A stretch of 63,759 nt of DNA, the filler included, from Stramenopiles sp. TOSAG23-3 (Eukaryota): NCBI GenBank assembly GCA_900128585.1. It is 10 parts of 10 records of this genome, joined end to end, with 100 filler letters (N's around TTAATTAATTAA, not from the genome) between each part and the next. Parts side by side here need not be neighbours in the genome. Positions count along the whole stretch, not along the records: positions 19,141 to 28,601 come from LT642918.1; positions 28,702 to 38,136 come from LT642919.1; 8 more parts are not named here. One strand, written 5' to 3'. The notes under the pieces were generated by a model. That model was not told where the DNA came from. It was given only the letters and a program-made list of their open reading frames with translations, and made no database searches. Positions 21,999 to 33,064 of this stretch are shown here, piece by piece. Position 1 is the first letter of the stretch. Each line of letters opens with the position of its first letter. A program made the position numbers and the translations under genes.

Positions 21999-23240
21999 TT
22001 AGACCGTGGTTGAGCGCTGCCGTTGGATCGTGGTTGGGGCCTGTACCAAACTTTGGATTTGTCTTTGCTGTATTTGTGGTCTCTGCGCTGGTTGGGCTGG
22101 CCGGGCGGACGTCGCCGGTCCTTGTGCGACGGTACTGTGAAACATACCAGCAAGGGCTTGGTTTGCTTCGTGCAATACTTGCTGGTCTTTATTTTCTTGT
22201 GCCTGGTTTTTCTTCTGTTCGATCTCTTTCGCCAAAGCCGCGTTTTGCTGGGCTCTCACGTCTTTTTCTTCCTTGATGGCACGTTCGACCTCGGCCTCGA
22301 CACCTTTGTTCGAATTGCCCCCAGTGGCGGCAGCTTTCACTTCTTGGTCCCGCTTTTGCTCGGCTTCTGCTTGCGCGGTGGCGGTCGCGGCTTTCACGAT
22401 GGTCTGGGTGACCGTTTTCGTTTTGTGAAGCAACCGCGTGCCGCCCGTGGCACCGGTCACACCCGTCGCGCCGGTGGCGCCCGTAGCACCCTGGACGCCG
22501 CGCGCGCCAGTTGCCCCTTGAGGCCCGGTCAAACCAGTCTCGCCTTTCAACCCGGTCGCCCCCGTGGCTCCCGTTGCCCCGGTGATGGAGGCACCCATCG
22601 CGCCGGTGGCGCCCGCCTTTCCGCGCTTGCCTTCTACTCCGGTTGGGCCTTGCTTCCCGCGCGCGCCCGTGGCGCCGCGGGTTCCGGTCGCCCCCCGCAA
22701 CCCGGTCGCGCCATGCTTTCCCTTTTCGCCTTTTGGCCCACGCTTTAGCTCTTTNNNNNNNNNNNATCGTGTCATTTGCTTGACCAAGAGCGAGTGTTTG
22801 GTCGCGACTTGCTTGGCAACGGTGCCGACGTCGGCGGAGTCTTCGATGGTGAGCATTTCTACGTGGTGCATGGCTTTGGAAACGCACATCTTCTTCGGGC
22901 CCTTTAGTACCACACCAGTGGACTTGTCCTGGTTGGAGTACACCCCAGAGGCCGATACGGCCTTGGAGTAAAGGTTCACGACGCAGTTTTCCGGCACCAC
23001 GATACCCTGCATCTTCTTGTCTCCACCTTTCAACGGCACGACCGTCATGCCCTCTTTTTTCTCGAAGCGCTTGGCTTGCCCCGCAAAGTCGCAGGTCTGG
23101 AAGACCTCGACCGCACCGGCACAATGGACGGGCGCGGATACGTCCACGATGTGCGCCAGCTCCGAGTCCTCGGGCGATTGCGCCGAGGCCATGGCGGTTG
23201 CAGCCGCAGCGGCAACAACGATGCGTAACGAACGTTTCAT
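21999..23240 (-). CDS. Secreted collagen-like protein with N-terminal betagamma-crystallin-like domain and C-terminal coiled coil
   Basis: Signal peptide; [11 protein letters not shown]...[13 protein letters not shown]; about 33 Gly-X-Y triplets, many GAT; E/K/Q-rich helix. Contains an 11-N gap. Confidence 0.8.
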   Translation of the reverse strand: MKRSLRIVVAAAAATAMASAQSPEDSELAHIVDVSAPVHCAGAVEVFQTCDFAGQAKRFEKKEGMTVVPLKGGDKKMQGIVVPENCVVNLYSKAVSASGVYSNQDKSTGVVLKGPKKMCVSKAMHHVEMLTIEDSADVGTVAKQVATKHSLLVKQMTRXXXXKELKRGPKGEKGKHGATGLRGATGTRGATGARGKQGPTGVEGKRGKAGATGAMGASITGATGATGATGLKGETGLTGPQGATGARGVQGATGATGATGVTGATGGTRLLHKTKTVTQTIVKAATATAQAEAEQKRDQEVKAAATGGNSNKGVEAEVERAIKEEKDVRAQQNAALAKEIEQKKNQAQENKDQQVLHEANQALAGMFHSTVAQGPATSARPAQPAQRPQIQQRQIQSLVQAPTTIQRQRSTTV

Positions 23241-23565
23241 CTTGAAATGGTAATCAATGGATGGGATGATCTTTACGCGTACAGACAGTTACTCGTTCGG
23301 GTGCAGAGTTTCTTCGTTCTCGATCTTACCTTCCTTCGAACTTTGTGCTAGAATGGGCAATCAATCATTCTTTCTTGTGAAATGACTCAACTCAAATGGA
23401 ATAAATACGAACTAATGAGTATGCTATAATCTGGAGTCACATAGCCTTTACTTACACATAGGAATAATATAGAAATATAAATGAAAGATGATATAGATAA
23501 GCTATAATCTCTATTCATAATAAAGTATAAGAATACTATTCGTATGTTAGAATAAATGAATAGTC

Positions 23566-23782
23566 CCCCCCCCCCCCCCCCCCTTTTTTTTTTTTNNNNN
23601 NNNNNNNNNTCTTCTTTCTTCTTTCTTCTTTCTTCTTTCTTCTTTCTTCTTCTTTCTTCTTTCTTCTTTCTTCTTTCTTCTTTCTTCTCTTTTCTTCTTT
23701 CTTCTTTTTCTTCTTCTTCTTTTTCTTCTTTCTTCTTCTTCTTTCTTCTTCTTCTTTCTTCTTCTTCTTCTTTCACTTCTTC
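23566..23782 (+). repeat. Poly-C/poly-T plus (TTC)/(TTTC) polypyrimidine tract between divergent genes
   Basis: Read directly from the sequence. Confidence 0.9.
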
Positions 23783-24560
23783 TGAATAAGAATGATGTAG
23801 TCGGTCGGTCTACTACAGTTTATAGCTTTATATTATATAACTCCTATGATTCTACATTATAAATATGTATATAAAAGCCTATTTAAATAATAATATATAA
23901 TTATACAGTATGGATTTTAAAATGAGGAAGAGAAATAGAAATGCTCAAATGAAAGAGACGAAACTCATTGAAAAAGGGGGGTTACCCTATATTAAACACT
24001 ATTTTAAATAAGAAACATCATGTTTTCCTTCAAAACCCCTACCCTTACCATACCCTATTCAATGTAATAAATTAGGGTAGACAATGTACACGACCTAGCC
24101 TTGATCCTGAACGGTTCGTAGTAAAAAAGAAGAAGGTTTTTAATTTTAGTGAGATTTAGGAAAAGTAAAAAAGAGGGGGGAGAGAATTAAGGTAAGAGAT
24201 TGATCGAGAATTCACATTTGTACATATTATATCTATTCAACATAGATATATCGTTAAAATGTAATATTCCTTCATTATTTTCTTCTCTTCTTGTCCTTAT
24301 TTTATGCATCAATAAGATAATTAAACGAAAAGTTCATATTTTTTAATCATTAAAAAATAACATTTAACTAATTTGATTGATTTTGAATATGTGTGTAGGG
24401 GGAGGAGAAGGAAGGAAGGGAAGTGAATGAGACTGGATTACGAAGACATGGTTGGATTGGTCGATCGGTTGAAACAAAGGGCATCGATTGATTTGTCTGG
24501 CTTCGTTTTGAGTTGGTGATATTTGAAACTTCAACACTTACACCACAAACGTTTTACAAG

Positions 24561-26966
24561 ATGGTGCGCGTCTTGAGTGCGGTGGTCCTGTCCGTGTGCG
24601 TAGCCGTGGCTGCGGCCCACGGGGTACGAAAGCCATCCCCAGGGCAGCAGATGTACAACACGATCAAAACGTTGGAGAAAACGGAGGTGATGATGAAGAA
24701 GACCCAGGCGTCGATGCAGGCAAAGATAGACAAGCTGAACGGCAACTTGGCCGAGGGGCTGGACGTTCACATCGATCGGACGGTCAAGAAGATCGTCAAC
24801 GCCTTCCACATGCAAGAGAAGAGCACCGTGAAGAAGGCGGCCATGGAACGCTTGAGGCAGTGGGCCGCCGGGAAAAATACCACCCTGCCCTTGGTCCCGG
24901 ACAACAGCTCGTCCATCGTCGACCCAGCGCAAATCATCGCCGAGGAGAATAAAGTAGACGACAAGAAAGAGGAGAAGAAAGAGAACGTCGAGCGGCGCTG
25001 CCGCCGGGACGAGCAGGCCGGCTTGAAAATGATACAGAAGGCCAAGGACCGGTTGGCCTCCGAGGACGAAATGTGCGAAGTGAAGCAGGTCTACAACACC
25101 GCACGAATCTGCCTGACCAACGTCAAGAAGTCTAGGGCCCAGAGCAAAGTCGACGACCTGAAGACGAAGATCTCCGGCTCCGGGTGGAACGGCGACGTCA
25201 GCGCCACCCAGCAGAGCAAGTGGTACGCGGACCTGGACAAGGCCCAGGGGTACGTCCACGCCCTCGACCGGGCGGTCCTCGCCATGCAGGCCAGCTCCGA
25301 CGGCTGCAAGGCCAAGCTCAGCGACGAGAGGAAGCAGGGACTCGAGCGCAACGCGGCCGACGCAATGACCGAGGCCGATCAAGTGGAGACCGGAACGGAG
25401 GACTCGTCCGAGCTCACCAACGCGAAGAAGGACAGCTCCGACGCGGAAAAGGCCGCCGAGGAGCAGCAGAAGCGGATGGACCGCGCCAAAGAGGCCGAGG
25501 AACAGGCGAAGCAGGAGACCAAATCCGCGTTTGAAGAAACCAAGAAACAGACCGCCAAGCGGCAGCTGGAGGAGTCCAAGAAGGCCCTCGGCGCCATGTC
25601 GAAGAGCGAAGAGGCCGCGAAGAAGGCCGTCAGCTCGCGCGAAGCCGAGTTGTCAGAAAAGCACAAGCTGGAACTCGCCAAGGCGAGTGGGAAGAGCGCC
25701 GAACAGATGCAAAAGATGAAGGCGAAGCTCGGAAAGCTGAAAGAGGAAGCAAACAAGAAGCTTGCGGCCCAAAAAGCAGACGAGCAGGCTGCCAAGGCGG
25801 AGGCCAACAAGGAAGCGAAGGCCCGCGAAGCCGCAAACGAGAAGGAGCAAGAGCAGACCCAAAAGGCAATGGACAAGCGCACCGAGGAGCAAGAGAAGGC
25901 CAACCAAAAGCAAGAAGAGTCCAACAAGGCCGACAAGATTGCTATGCAGGAAGAAATGAAAGCCAAAGATAGGCTGCTACGGGCAAAAGCCAGCGGGGAC
26001 AAAGAACTGTTGAAGATGGCCCAGGAGGAGCAGAAGAAGGCCCTTGCCAAGCAGCAAATGGCCGCAAAGAAGGCAGAGGAGGCCGCAAAAGCTGCCCAGC
26101 AGGCTATGAAGCGCGAAAAGGAAGCGAAGAAAAAGATGGACGAGGAGAGCATCAAAAACAAGCAAACGATACACGAGCTGTCCTTCAAGTTGAAAGAAAA
26201 GGAGAGGCAGGCCAGCGAAATGGAAAAGAAGCAGCAGATGATGCTCGACTGCAAGGACAAGAAGGGCGATTGCGAGAAGAATGTCGGCCAAGGGCAACTG
26301 CTGGACAAGATATCAGACATTGTGTCTGCCGCCGTCAACAGGCCAGACGCCGCCGCAGTCGCCGCCGCCCCGGCAAGCCCCCAAGGCACCGCCGCGGCAC
26401 CACAAGTCGTCGCTGCCGCCCCAGCGGCCGGAAACCAGCAAATGGTTGAAATGATGAAGACGATGCGCACCATGGTCGAGAAGATGCAGCAGCCCGCTGC
26501 TGCCGCCCCCGCCCCCGCGGCGGCCGCCGCCGAACAGTCCTCGGACAAGCCCGCGCCATCCGCCAATGTGAATAATAAAGATAATACCGACCAAATTCAA
26601 CGCGCCGTAGATTCTGCCGTCGATAGGTTATTAAAGAAGACCCAGCAGAGGAAGGCAGCCGAAGAGAAGAAAGACGAAAAAGACAGGGAAGAAGCCGAGC
26701 GCGTCGAACGCCGCCGCCTGGAATTGGAAGCCGTAAATCAGAAAGCCGACGAAGCTGCCAAAAAGGAGAAAGAGGCGGACCAAAAGGCCAAGGATGCTCA
26801 AGCGGACGAAGAATTAATGAAGGCGCAGATGAAGAAACAAAAGGCAGAAACGAAGAAATTGAAAGATTCTGCGCTGAAGCAGCAGCAATTGATTACAGAA
26901 ATGGGAGAAAGGGCGAAGGAAAAAGACGACCGCCTTAAAGATTTGACCGAAGCCGCTTCGTTTTAA
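24561..26966 (+). CDS. Secreted long charged coiled-coil protein with Ala/Pro-rich linkers
   Basis: Signal peptide MVRVLSAVVLSVCVAVAAAHG; long K/E/A/Q helical runs; AAAPA repeats; strong GC3 bias. Confidence 0.8.
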   Translation: MVRVLSAVVLSVCVAVAAAHGVRKPSPGQQMYNTIKTLEKTEVMMKKTQASMQAKIDKLNGNLAEGLDVHIDRTVKKIVNAFHMQEKSTVKKAAMERLRQWAAGKNTTLPLVPDNSSSIVDPAQIIAEENKVDDKKEEKKENVERRCRRDEQAGLKMIQKAKDRLASEDEMCEVKQVYNTARICLTNVKKSRAQSKVDDLKTKISGSGWNGDVSATQQSKWYADLDKAQGYVHALDRAVLAMQASSDGCKAKLSDERKQGLERNAADAMTEADQVETGTEDSSELTNAKKDSSDAEKAAEEQQKRMDRAKEAEEQAKQETKSAFEETKKQTAKRQLEESKKALGAMSKSEEAAKKAVSSREAELSEKHKLELAKASGKSAEQMQKMKAKLGKLKEEANKKLAAQKADEQAAKAEANKEAKAREAANEKEQEQTQKAMDKRTEEQEKANQKQEESNKADKIAMQEEMKAKDRLLRAKASGDKELLKMAQEEQKKALAKQQMAAKKAEEAAKAAQQAMKREKEAKKKMDEESIKNKQTIHELSFKLKEKERQASEMEKKQQMMLDCKDKKGDCEKNVGQGQLLDKISDIVSAAVNRPDAAAVAAAPASPQGTAAAPQVVAAAPAAGNQQMVEMMKTMRTMVEKMQQPAAAAPAPAAAAAEQSSDKPAPSANVNNKDNTDQIQRAVDSAVDRLLKKTQQRKAAEEKKDEKDREEAERVERRRLELEAVNQKADEAAKKEKEADQKAKDAQADEELMKAQMKKQKAETKKLKDSALKQQQLITEMGERAKEKDDRLKDLTEAASF

Positions 26967-27318
26967 ACGGAGGGGAGTCTACACACTTATATATGATATT
27001 TCTAAAAAATATTTTAATATAAAAACCAAAATATATAGAGTATGTTTTAAGACTCTCATATTTTAATATATATTAAAAGACACTACACTTTTATTCAATG
27101 TTCGTATTCCTTACCACCTTTCTAAACTTAAACACCTCCGAACACCCCCTCTCCTCAAATTTTGAGACAAGCTCGCTTTAATCATCCATCATATCGTAAT
27201 CATACCTCGCGAAATTAGACGTCCCCCATTGATGACGATCCCTCCACACCCTGGCTGTCCGCCCCGCCCTCCCGTCGTTTATTTACATGGCGGCAAGCAA
27301 CGCCACCCTGCCATTAGG

Positions 27319-28383
27319 CTACTGCTTCACAAAGTTGCTAAGAATGCAATGGTAATCGGCCGCAAAGCTCGCAACGCTTTTTGTTTGTCGGACCCAAGTG
27401 TGACTGTTCGCCTCTGCGCCCAGTACCGTCAGCTTACTATGGTCAAAAGGGGTTTCCTTCATCTCCGCCAGCCCTCCTTCGTCGGCAAAAAATGTCATCG
27501 TGAAACGTTTCGGTTTGAAAAACGCCAACACTTTTTTCACGATCATATTGTACGACTTTGCCTGAAAATTTGTTTCAAAGCTCGCATAGCTAAAATCCTT
27601 CTCCGGCGTTATGTGAATGGTCTCGTACGACCCGTCGTCCATTAGGCCATTCATTGAGTACCCGCACGGGTCGAACAAGAAATCATCCATTTGTGCTTTT
27701 CTTGGCAAAAGGTTTTGAAACGCAGAAACAGCCTTTTGGACGTTCGAGCCCGTACTCTCGGTGTCCGCTTTCCAGAACAGCTTGGCAACGTCTTCGTCCA
27801 AACCGTACATCATTATATTCAGCGTGCGGTCCTTGCTATCGACCATAGGCCGTTCGCAGTGGTCCCACACGTATATGAACCAGTGTTCCCCCGACAAGGG
27901 CCCGAGCACGTACGCTTCTCCTTCCAGGCCGCATTTTTCCTTCAAAAAGTTGCACTCTTGCTGAAAGTCCTGGTGAGGGTACACCTGGTACTGCGGAAAC
28001 AGCAGATTTTTTCGCGTGTACCCGATCCATTCTAACTGGAGCCCTACCTCGTTGGTGAACTGTACCAACGACGGCACGCACCCGAGCAGCGTGGTGGTGC
28101 CGCAGGTTTTAATAACTACTTTATGGCTGTACACGAACAAGGAACTCTCCGACAACAAATAGCTGTCGCAGTGCTCGTTCGACAGCGTCGACAAAATAGT
28201 CGCTTTTGCGTGGGACACTACGATTTCCCACTTCTCCTTCGGGATGTCCCGTAAGCCGTTGCTAGGACCCACCGTAGGGACAAAGTCTATTTCCAAAGTT
28301 TTTTCCGGCCCCTCAAACGGGTTGTCGCCCGCACCGCTATTTACCGTACTGCTACTTTTCACCTCCCCCGCCGCTACATTCAT
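27319..28383 (-). CDS. AMD1: S-adenosylmethionine decarboxylase proenzyme (eukaryotic type)
   Basis: FEGPEKTLEIDF, autocleavage motif YLLSESSLFV, IKTCGTT, PCGYSMN, TIHITPEKDFSYASFE. Confidence 0.96.
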   Translation of the reverse strand: MNVAAGEVKSSSTVNSGAGDNPFEGPEKTLEIDFVPTVGPSNGLRDIPKEKWEIVVSHAKATILSTLSNEHCDSYLLSESSLFVYSHKVVIKTCGTTTLLGCVPSLVQFTNEVGLQLEWIGYTRKNLLFPQYQVYPHQDFQQECNFLKEKCGLEGEAYVLGPLSGEHWFIYVWDHCERPMVDSKDRTLNIMMYGLDEDVAKLFWKADTESTGSNVQKAVSAFQNLLPRKAQMDDFLFDPCGYSMNGLMDDGSYETIHITPEKDFSYASFETNFQAKSYNMIVKKVLAFFKPKRFTMTFFADEGGLAEMKETPFDHSKLTVLGAEANSHTWVRQTKSVASFAADYHCILSNFVKQ

Positions 28384-28425
28384 CGTTCCTTTTCCGACAA
28401 AAAAATATTCCACCGATGATTCGAA

Positions 28426-28479
28426 TCAATGGGCCATGTACGATTCTATTGTTTCAGACAAATAAACCTTCCTCTCCAT
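28426..28479 (-). promoter_or_regulatory. Candidate uORF (MERKVYLSETIESYMAH*) upstream of AdoMetDC
   Basis: ATG at 28479, TGA at 28428-28426, in frame with and 42 nt upstream of the main ATG. Transcription start is unknown. Confidence 0.45.
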
Positions 28480-28701
28480 TCTTCGTTGTAAATCTACATC
28501 TTGATAATTCCAATTGTAATAAAGTCCTACATTCTTTTCTTTCCCTGCTTCTTCTTCTTCTTCTTTTTGTTGTTGTTGTTTTGTTGGTCTCCTCCTCGCT
28601 CNNNNNNNNNNNNNNNNNNNNNNNNNNNNNNNNNNNNNNNNNNNNTTAATTAATTAANNNNNNNNNNNNNNNNNNNNNNNNNNNNNNNNNNNNNNNNNNN
28701 N

Positions 28702-28703
28702 GA

Positions 28704-28775
<72 letters not shown>

Positions 28776-28776
28776 A
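28702..28776 (+). repeat. (GAAA)n microsatellite at contig start
   Basis: Read directly from the sequence. Confidence 0.95.
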
Positions 28777-29258
28777 AATTGGATGGAGGAGGAACTCCCT
28801 CCATCTAAACTAACCTATATATTTATGTACTTGAAATAAACTACAATACAATACAAAAGAAACAAACAAACAAACAAAGAAAGAAGGAATCCTCATTTAT
28901 TTTATACTTATATTATTATTATAATTCTAAAGGGTATTTATTTATTATATCCTCGTATTGGAGTACCATACTTCATACTTCATCCCTTTTTTTTAAAGAC
29001 CTCCTTCAATGATTTCAAGTCAGTACGGTACACTACTACAGGTTTTAAAAGGAACCGAAGAACAGGTAGGATTATATAATAGGAGTTTAACATCGAACTG
29101 CTGTACTGCCAACTATCATATTACTATATATAATTTGTTTTTCATATTGAAGGAGTACTGTTCACATAATATAATTACCTTAGATTAGCCTTATTTGTTT
29201 TAGAACAAACTTTAATTGAATTAGTAGATATTGGAACATCCCATCACTCACTCGCTGT

Positions 29259-30968
29259 TTACATGGCGGTTCCAAAATTAAACTGCATGTTCCTACCATC
29301 AAACCCACTGTTCGCGCTGTTCGCTCCCCCAAAATTGAACGACATCGGGGCGCTCGGGGCCGCCGGCGCGTCGTCCCCGAAACAAAAAGCCTTTCCGTTG
29401 CTCGTCGGGGCAAAAGTCTCCTCGGCCGCGTTCTCCTCGTCCTCCGCGTCGAAGAAGTTCCGCATCAGGTCGACCGCCTTCTCATAGATCGTTTCGTTCT
29501 GGTGGTCCTGCAAGTTGCTCAAGCAGTCCAAACCGTTCAAATCCGCACCGTTGCCTTCCTCAAACGCGTCCGAGAACTTCAGACCCCGGTCCTCCCCGAC
29601 CCGGAGCCCCTTCTCGGTCGACTCGAGGGCCAGGGTCACGATCTTCGCGTCGGCCACCGTCAGCAGGCCGACGATGCCGCCCCACGCCCCGGCCAGGGAG
29701 AAGAGCTCGGCGACCATGTCCTCGGTTCCCCCCGTCGCAACGTTGCAGAACGCCCACGCGGCCTCCTTGCGGACGTCCCACTCGGCCTCGGTGACGTGCC
29801 CAATGATCTTCCCCATCATCTCCCGGTTCGACAGGATGCAGCGGATCTGGTCGTGGGTCCCCGCGCTGATGTTGGAGGCGGCCCAGCAGGCCTCCTTCCG
29901 GATGCCCTTCTTCTTGTGGGACAGGAGGTACGTGAGGGCGTCCAGGGCGCCCCCATCGATGACCGCCTGGGTCGACGTGTCGCTCCCGGACACCAGGTTC
30001 CCGATCACCCGCAGCGCCGGGGTCACCACCTTGCTGTTCGGGTGGCGAAGGAGGGCCACCAGCTTGGGCACCGCGCCCGCCTTGATGCAGGCCTCGATCC
30101 GGCTGTCCTCCCCGTCCGACACGTACGAGAGCGCCCAGGCTGCGTCCGTCAGCACCTCCGCGTCGTCGTGGTCTAACAGGTACACCAGAGCCGGGATGGC
30201 CGGGGCGATGGACTCTAGCTTTGGCTGCGGTTTCCCGCGGCAAAAATTGCTCAGGCACCACGTGACGTTCTTCAGCAGCGACACGTTGGCGGGCGTCTGG
30301 ATGTTCAGGAGCAGGTTGTTGATGCTGTCCGGGCTGGAGAGCAGCATGTCCCGGTAGTTCGACCGGTCCCCGGCAATGTTTCCCAAGCACCAGGCCGCCT
30401 GCTCGCGAATGTTCGCGTCGTTCGAGCGCAGCAGGTTCACCAGGTGCGGGCACGCGCCGCTGTCCACCACGGTGTGCGTGTAGTCCGTCGAGGCGATGTT
30501 GGTGATGGCCCACGTGGCCTCAAAAACCGTTTTTATCTGGTCCATCCGCTTCGTCGCTTCGACCAAGTACGGCAACAGGCCAGCCTCCAAAATGTCGTTG
30601 ACCGGTGGATCCTGTGCGCGGGACAAAAGTTTTCGGACGTATCGCACACCCTCGTACTGAACCAGGGCGTTGTCCGTCGTCTTCGCTGCCTCGGCGAACT
30701 TTGGCAGGTTCTCGATCGTGCACGGCAAGTCGCCAAAAACGGGCGACTTCTTGGACGAGGAGGCCGCCGCGGCCCCGCCGGCGGCGCCGTCGCTCCCGAC
30801 GTTCCCGGCGGTTTCCTTGCGCATGTTTCGCCTCTTCGCCAACGACTCTTGCCGCTTGTTCTTTCTTATTTGTACAACAGTATCCTGCCTGTTTCTACGC
30901 CCTTCTTCTACAGAAACGCCTTTCTTGTAGTTCGCGTGGTGCGTCCGGTCGGAAGTATTCGTCGGCAT
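29259..30968 (-). CDS. Importin subunit alpha
   Basis: IBB domain (EEGRRNRQDTVVQIRKNKRQESLAKRR); ARM repeats (FEATWAITNIAS, EQAAWCLGNIAGD, WCLSNFCRGKP, RKEACWAASNISAG); FNFG tail. Confidence 0.96.
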   Translation of the reverse strand: MPTNTSDRTHHANYKKGVSVEEGRRNRQDTVVQIRKNKRQESLAKRRNMRKETAGNVGSDGAAGGAAAASSSKKSPVFGDLPCTIENLPKFAEAAKTTDNALVQYEGVRYVRKLLSRAQDPPVNDILEAGLLPYLVEATKRMDQIKTVFEATWAITNIASTDYTHTVVDSGACPHLVNLLRSNDANIREQAAWCLGNIAGDRSNYRDMLLSSPDSINNLLLNIQTPANVSLLKNVTWCLSNFCRGKPQPKLESIAPAIPALVYLLDHDDAEVLTDAAWALSYVSDGEDSRIEACIKAGAVPKLVALLRHPNSKVVTPALRVIGNLVSGSDTSTQAVIDGGALDALTYLLSHKKKGIRKEACWAASNISAGTHDQIRCILSNREMMGKIIGHVTEAEWDVRKEAAWAFCNVATGGTEDMVAELFSLAGAWGGIVGLLTVADAKIVTLALESTEKGLRVGEDRGLKFSDAFEEGNGADLNGLDCLSNLQDHQNETIYEKAVDLMRNFFDAEDEENAAEETFAPTSNGKAFCFGDDAPAAPSAPMSFNFGGANSANSGFDGRNMQFNFGTAM

Positions 30969-32529
30969 GGTAGTGGGGGCGGGGGGGGGCTGGGGGTGGG
31001 GTACGTTACGGGGGGTTGTTTGGAAAAATCCTAACACTAAACGTTTGTATAGTTTAATGCCTGTATATATATGTGTGTGTGTGTATTATTTGAACGTTTA
31101 ACAAAAAATGAAAGAAAGTTGTACATTTAAAACATTACCTTTGATGACAATCCAAGTGAGAGATAGTTGGAATAGTATAAAACATTATTTAACAACAGTA
31201 ACTACTACGAACCTATCTTCCACTATCTTACTGGTACTACTTCGAACTTTTTTTTTTTTGTCGCAGCTAGCTATTACGGTAATAATAGCTTATACAGTGC
31301 GTATAGTTTAGGAGGAAGAGGAAAGAATGTACGATGTGATGATAATATGACAAAACAAAACACACTTCTTGCTTCTTCTACTACAAAACTATGCTATTTA
31401 GCTGTTAATAATAAAATAATAATAATGGGTTTTTTTTTTCTTTTTTTTTTTTTTTTCTCCTACTCGCTCTACGATGCTATTACTATAGTAAATGTTTTTT
31501 ATATATCTAAAAAAAAATGAATTTCATAAAAAAATTAATCATCGTTTCCCTCTTTCTTTCTTTCGTCATTTCTTAATATCGACGGAACGAACTACATTAT
31601 ATTATACAACAACAGAAGAAGAGGAAAGAAAAATAAAAAATAAAAAAAGAGAAGAAGAAGAAGAAGAAGAAGATACACAAACAACAATTACATTACAATA
31701 TTTAATACAGGAGAGAGGATAGAAGTAAAGGATGAAAAAGCAATCAATCCCCAACCAACTAACTACAAACTCAACCCCCAACGATCTTATTTCTTTCGTA
31801 TAGAAGCAAGCTACTTGCTACTAATATTTTAGATCCTCACAATGCTGTCTTCTACCAATTGATTATAATTTTACATTAATAGTACATATATTATCAGGCA
31901 ATTGTTCATTATTAAAGTTTATCTAATGATTATGATTGTGTGTATTTAAATCAGTAGGTAATGTTAATTAAAGCCATCCTTTCCCAACGTACGGAATCGA
32001 AACCTGTACTTTTGTAAACAAATTAGGCAATGGTTCATAGATAGGTATTAATGAGAGAGACTAATATACATTTCGATCTTTTCCTCATATTGTATCTATA
32101 CTTCTATGAAAGGGTTGAAACGCATGAAGAATACAATATCCAATTAGACTACATTTTATTAATACTAATTATACATATTATCCTATCTAAAAGTAATTCG
32201 TGTACTTGGAAATGCTAACGTTAGCAATTCGAAAAATAAGTTTAGTAATAATTATATAGTGTCTATATAGTACTATATAGTACTAATAATAAATAAATGA
32301 AGTATATCTAAATCGTATAGTTTAAACTTCTTCACTTTTAGCTAGTTTGATTTTACAATAAGAATATCACCAATTATATATTATTACCTATATATAATAT
32401 TATAGACCTAACCCTACCTAACTTATATTAATTTAATTCTTTATCTCATCAGTCCTAAGCTCCTAAGCTGTAAGCTGTAAGCTGATAAGGAACGACATGA
32501 GGATTACAATATATATGACCGATGTACAA

Positions 32530-32590
32530 CAAGAAGAAGAAAGAAAGAAAGAAAGAAAGAAGAAGAAGAAGAAGAAGAAGAAGAAGAAGA

Positions 32591-32628
<38 letters not shown>

Positions 32629-32741
32629 AGAAAGAAAGAAGAAGAAGAAAAAAGAAGAAGAAGAAGAAAGAAGAAGAAGAAGAAGAAAAGAAAGAAGAAG
32701 TAGTACCATAGTACCATAGTAGAAGAAATAAAGAAGAAGAA
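32530..32741 (+). repeat. (GAA)n/(GAAA)n polypurine tract upstream of the coiled-coil gene
   Basis: Read directly from the sequence. Confidence 0.9.
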
Positions 32742-33064
32742 GTGATGATGATGGAATTTATTATTATTTTATTATTTTTTTTTTATGGAAATAATAATAA
32801 TAAAATGGTAATATAAATATATACATTGCGATGTACGTAACTTTACTTTCTTTTTACGAATAATTGTACGTACATAGTTTCATTTATTGTCTTCTTGTAT
32901 TCTGTTTATAGTCAAAGGCCATTTTGAACGGAACGAAAAAAGAGTAGTTGATTTGTTGAATACTACTACTTTCTACTGCTGCAGCACTCAAACTCAACCC
33001 ACACCAGTACAAGTGCGTGGTGGACGACCGACCGGTGGCCGACGTACGTTAGGAGAGAATTGCG

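Noticed and set aside
24032-24058. Telomere-like CCCTA/CCTTA repeats (also 32408-32422)
   Set aside because: Only a few degenerate internal units, no array.
31975-32060. tRNA-like T-loop (GGTTTCGATTCC on the minus strand)
   Set aside because: The T-stem is imperfect and I could not build an acceptor stem, anticodon arm or D-arm.
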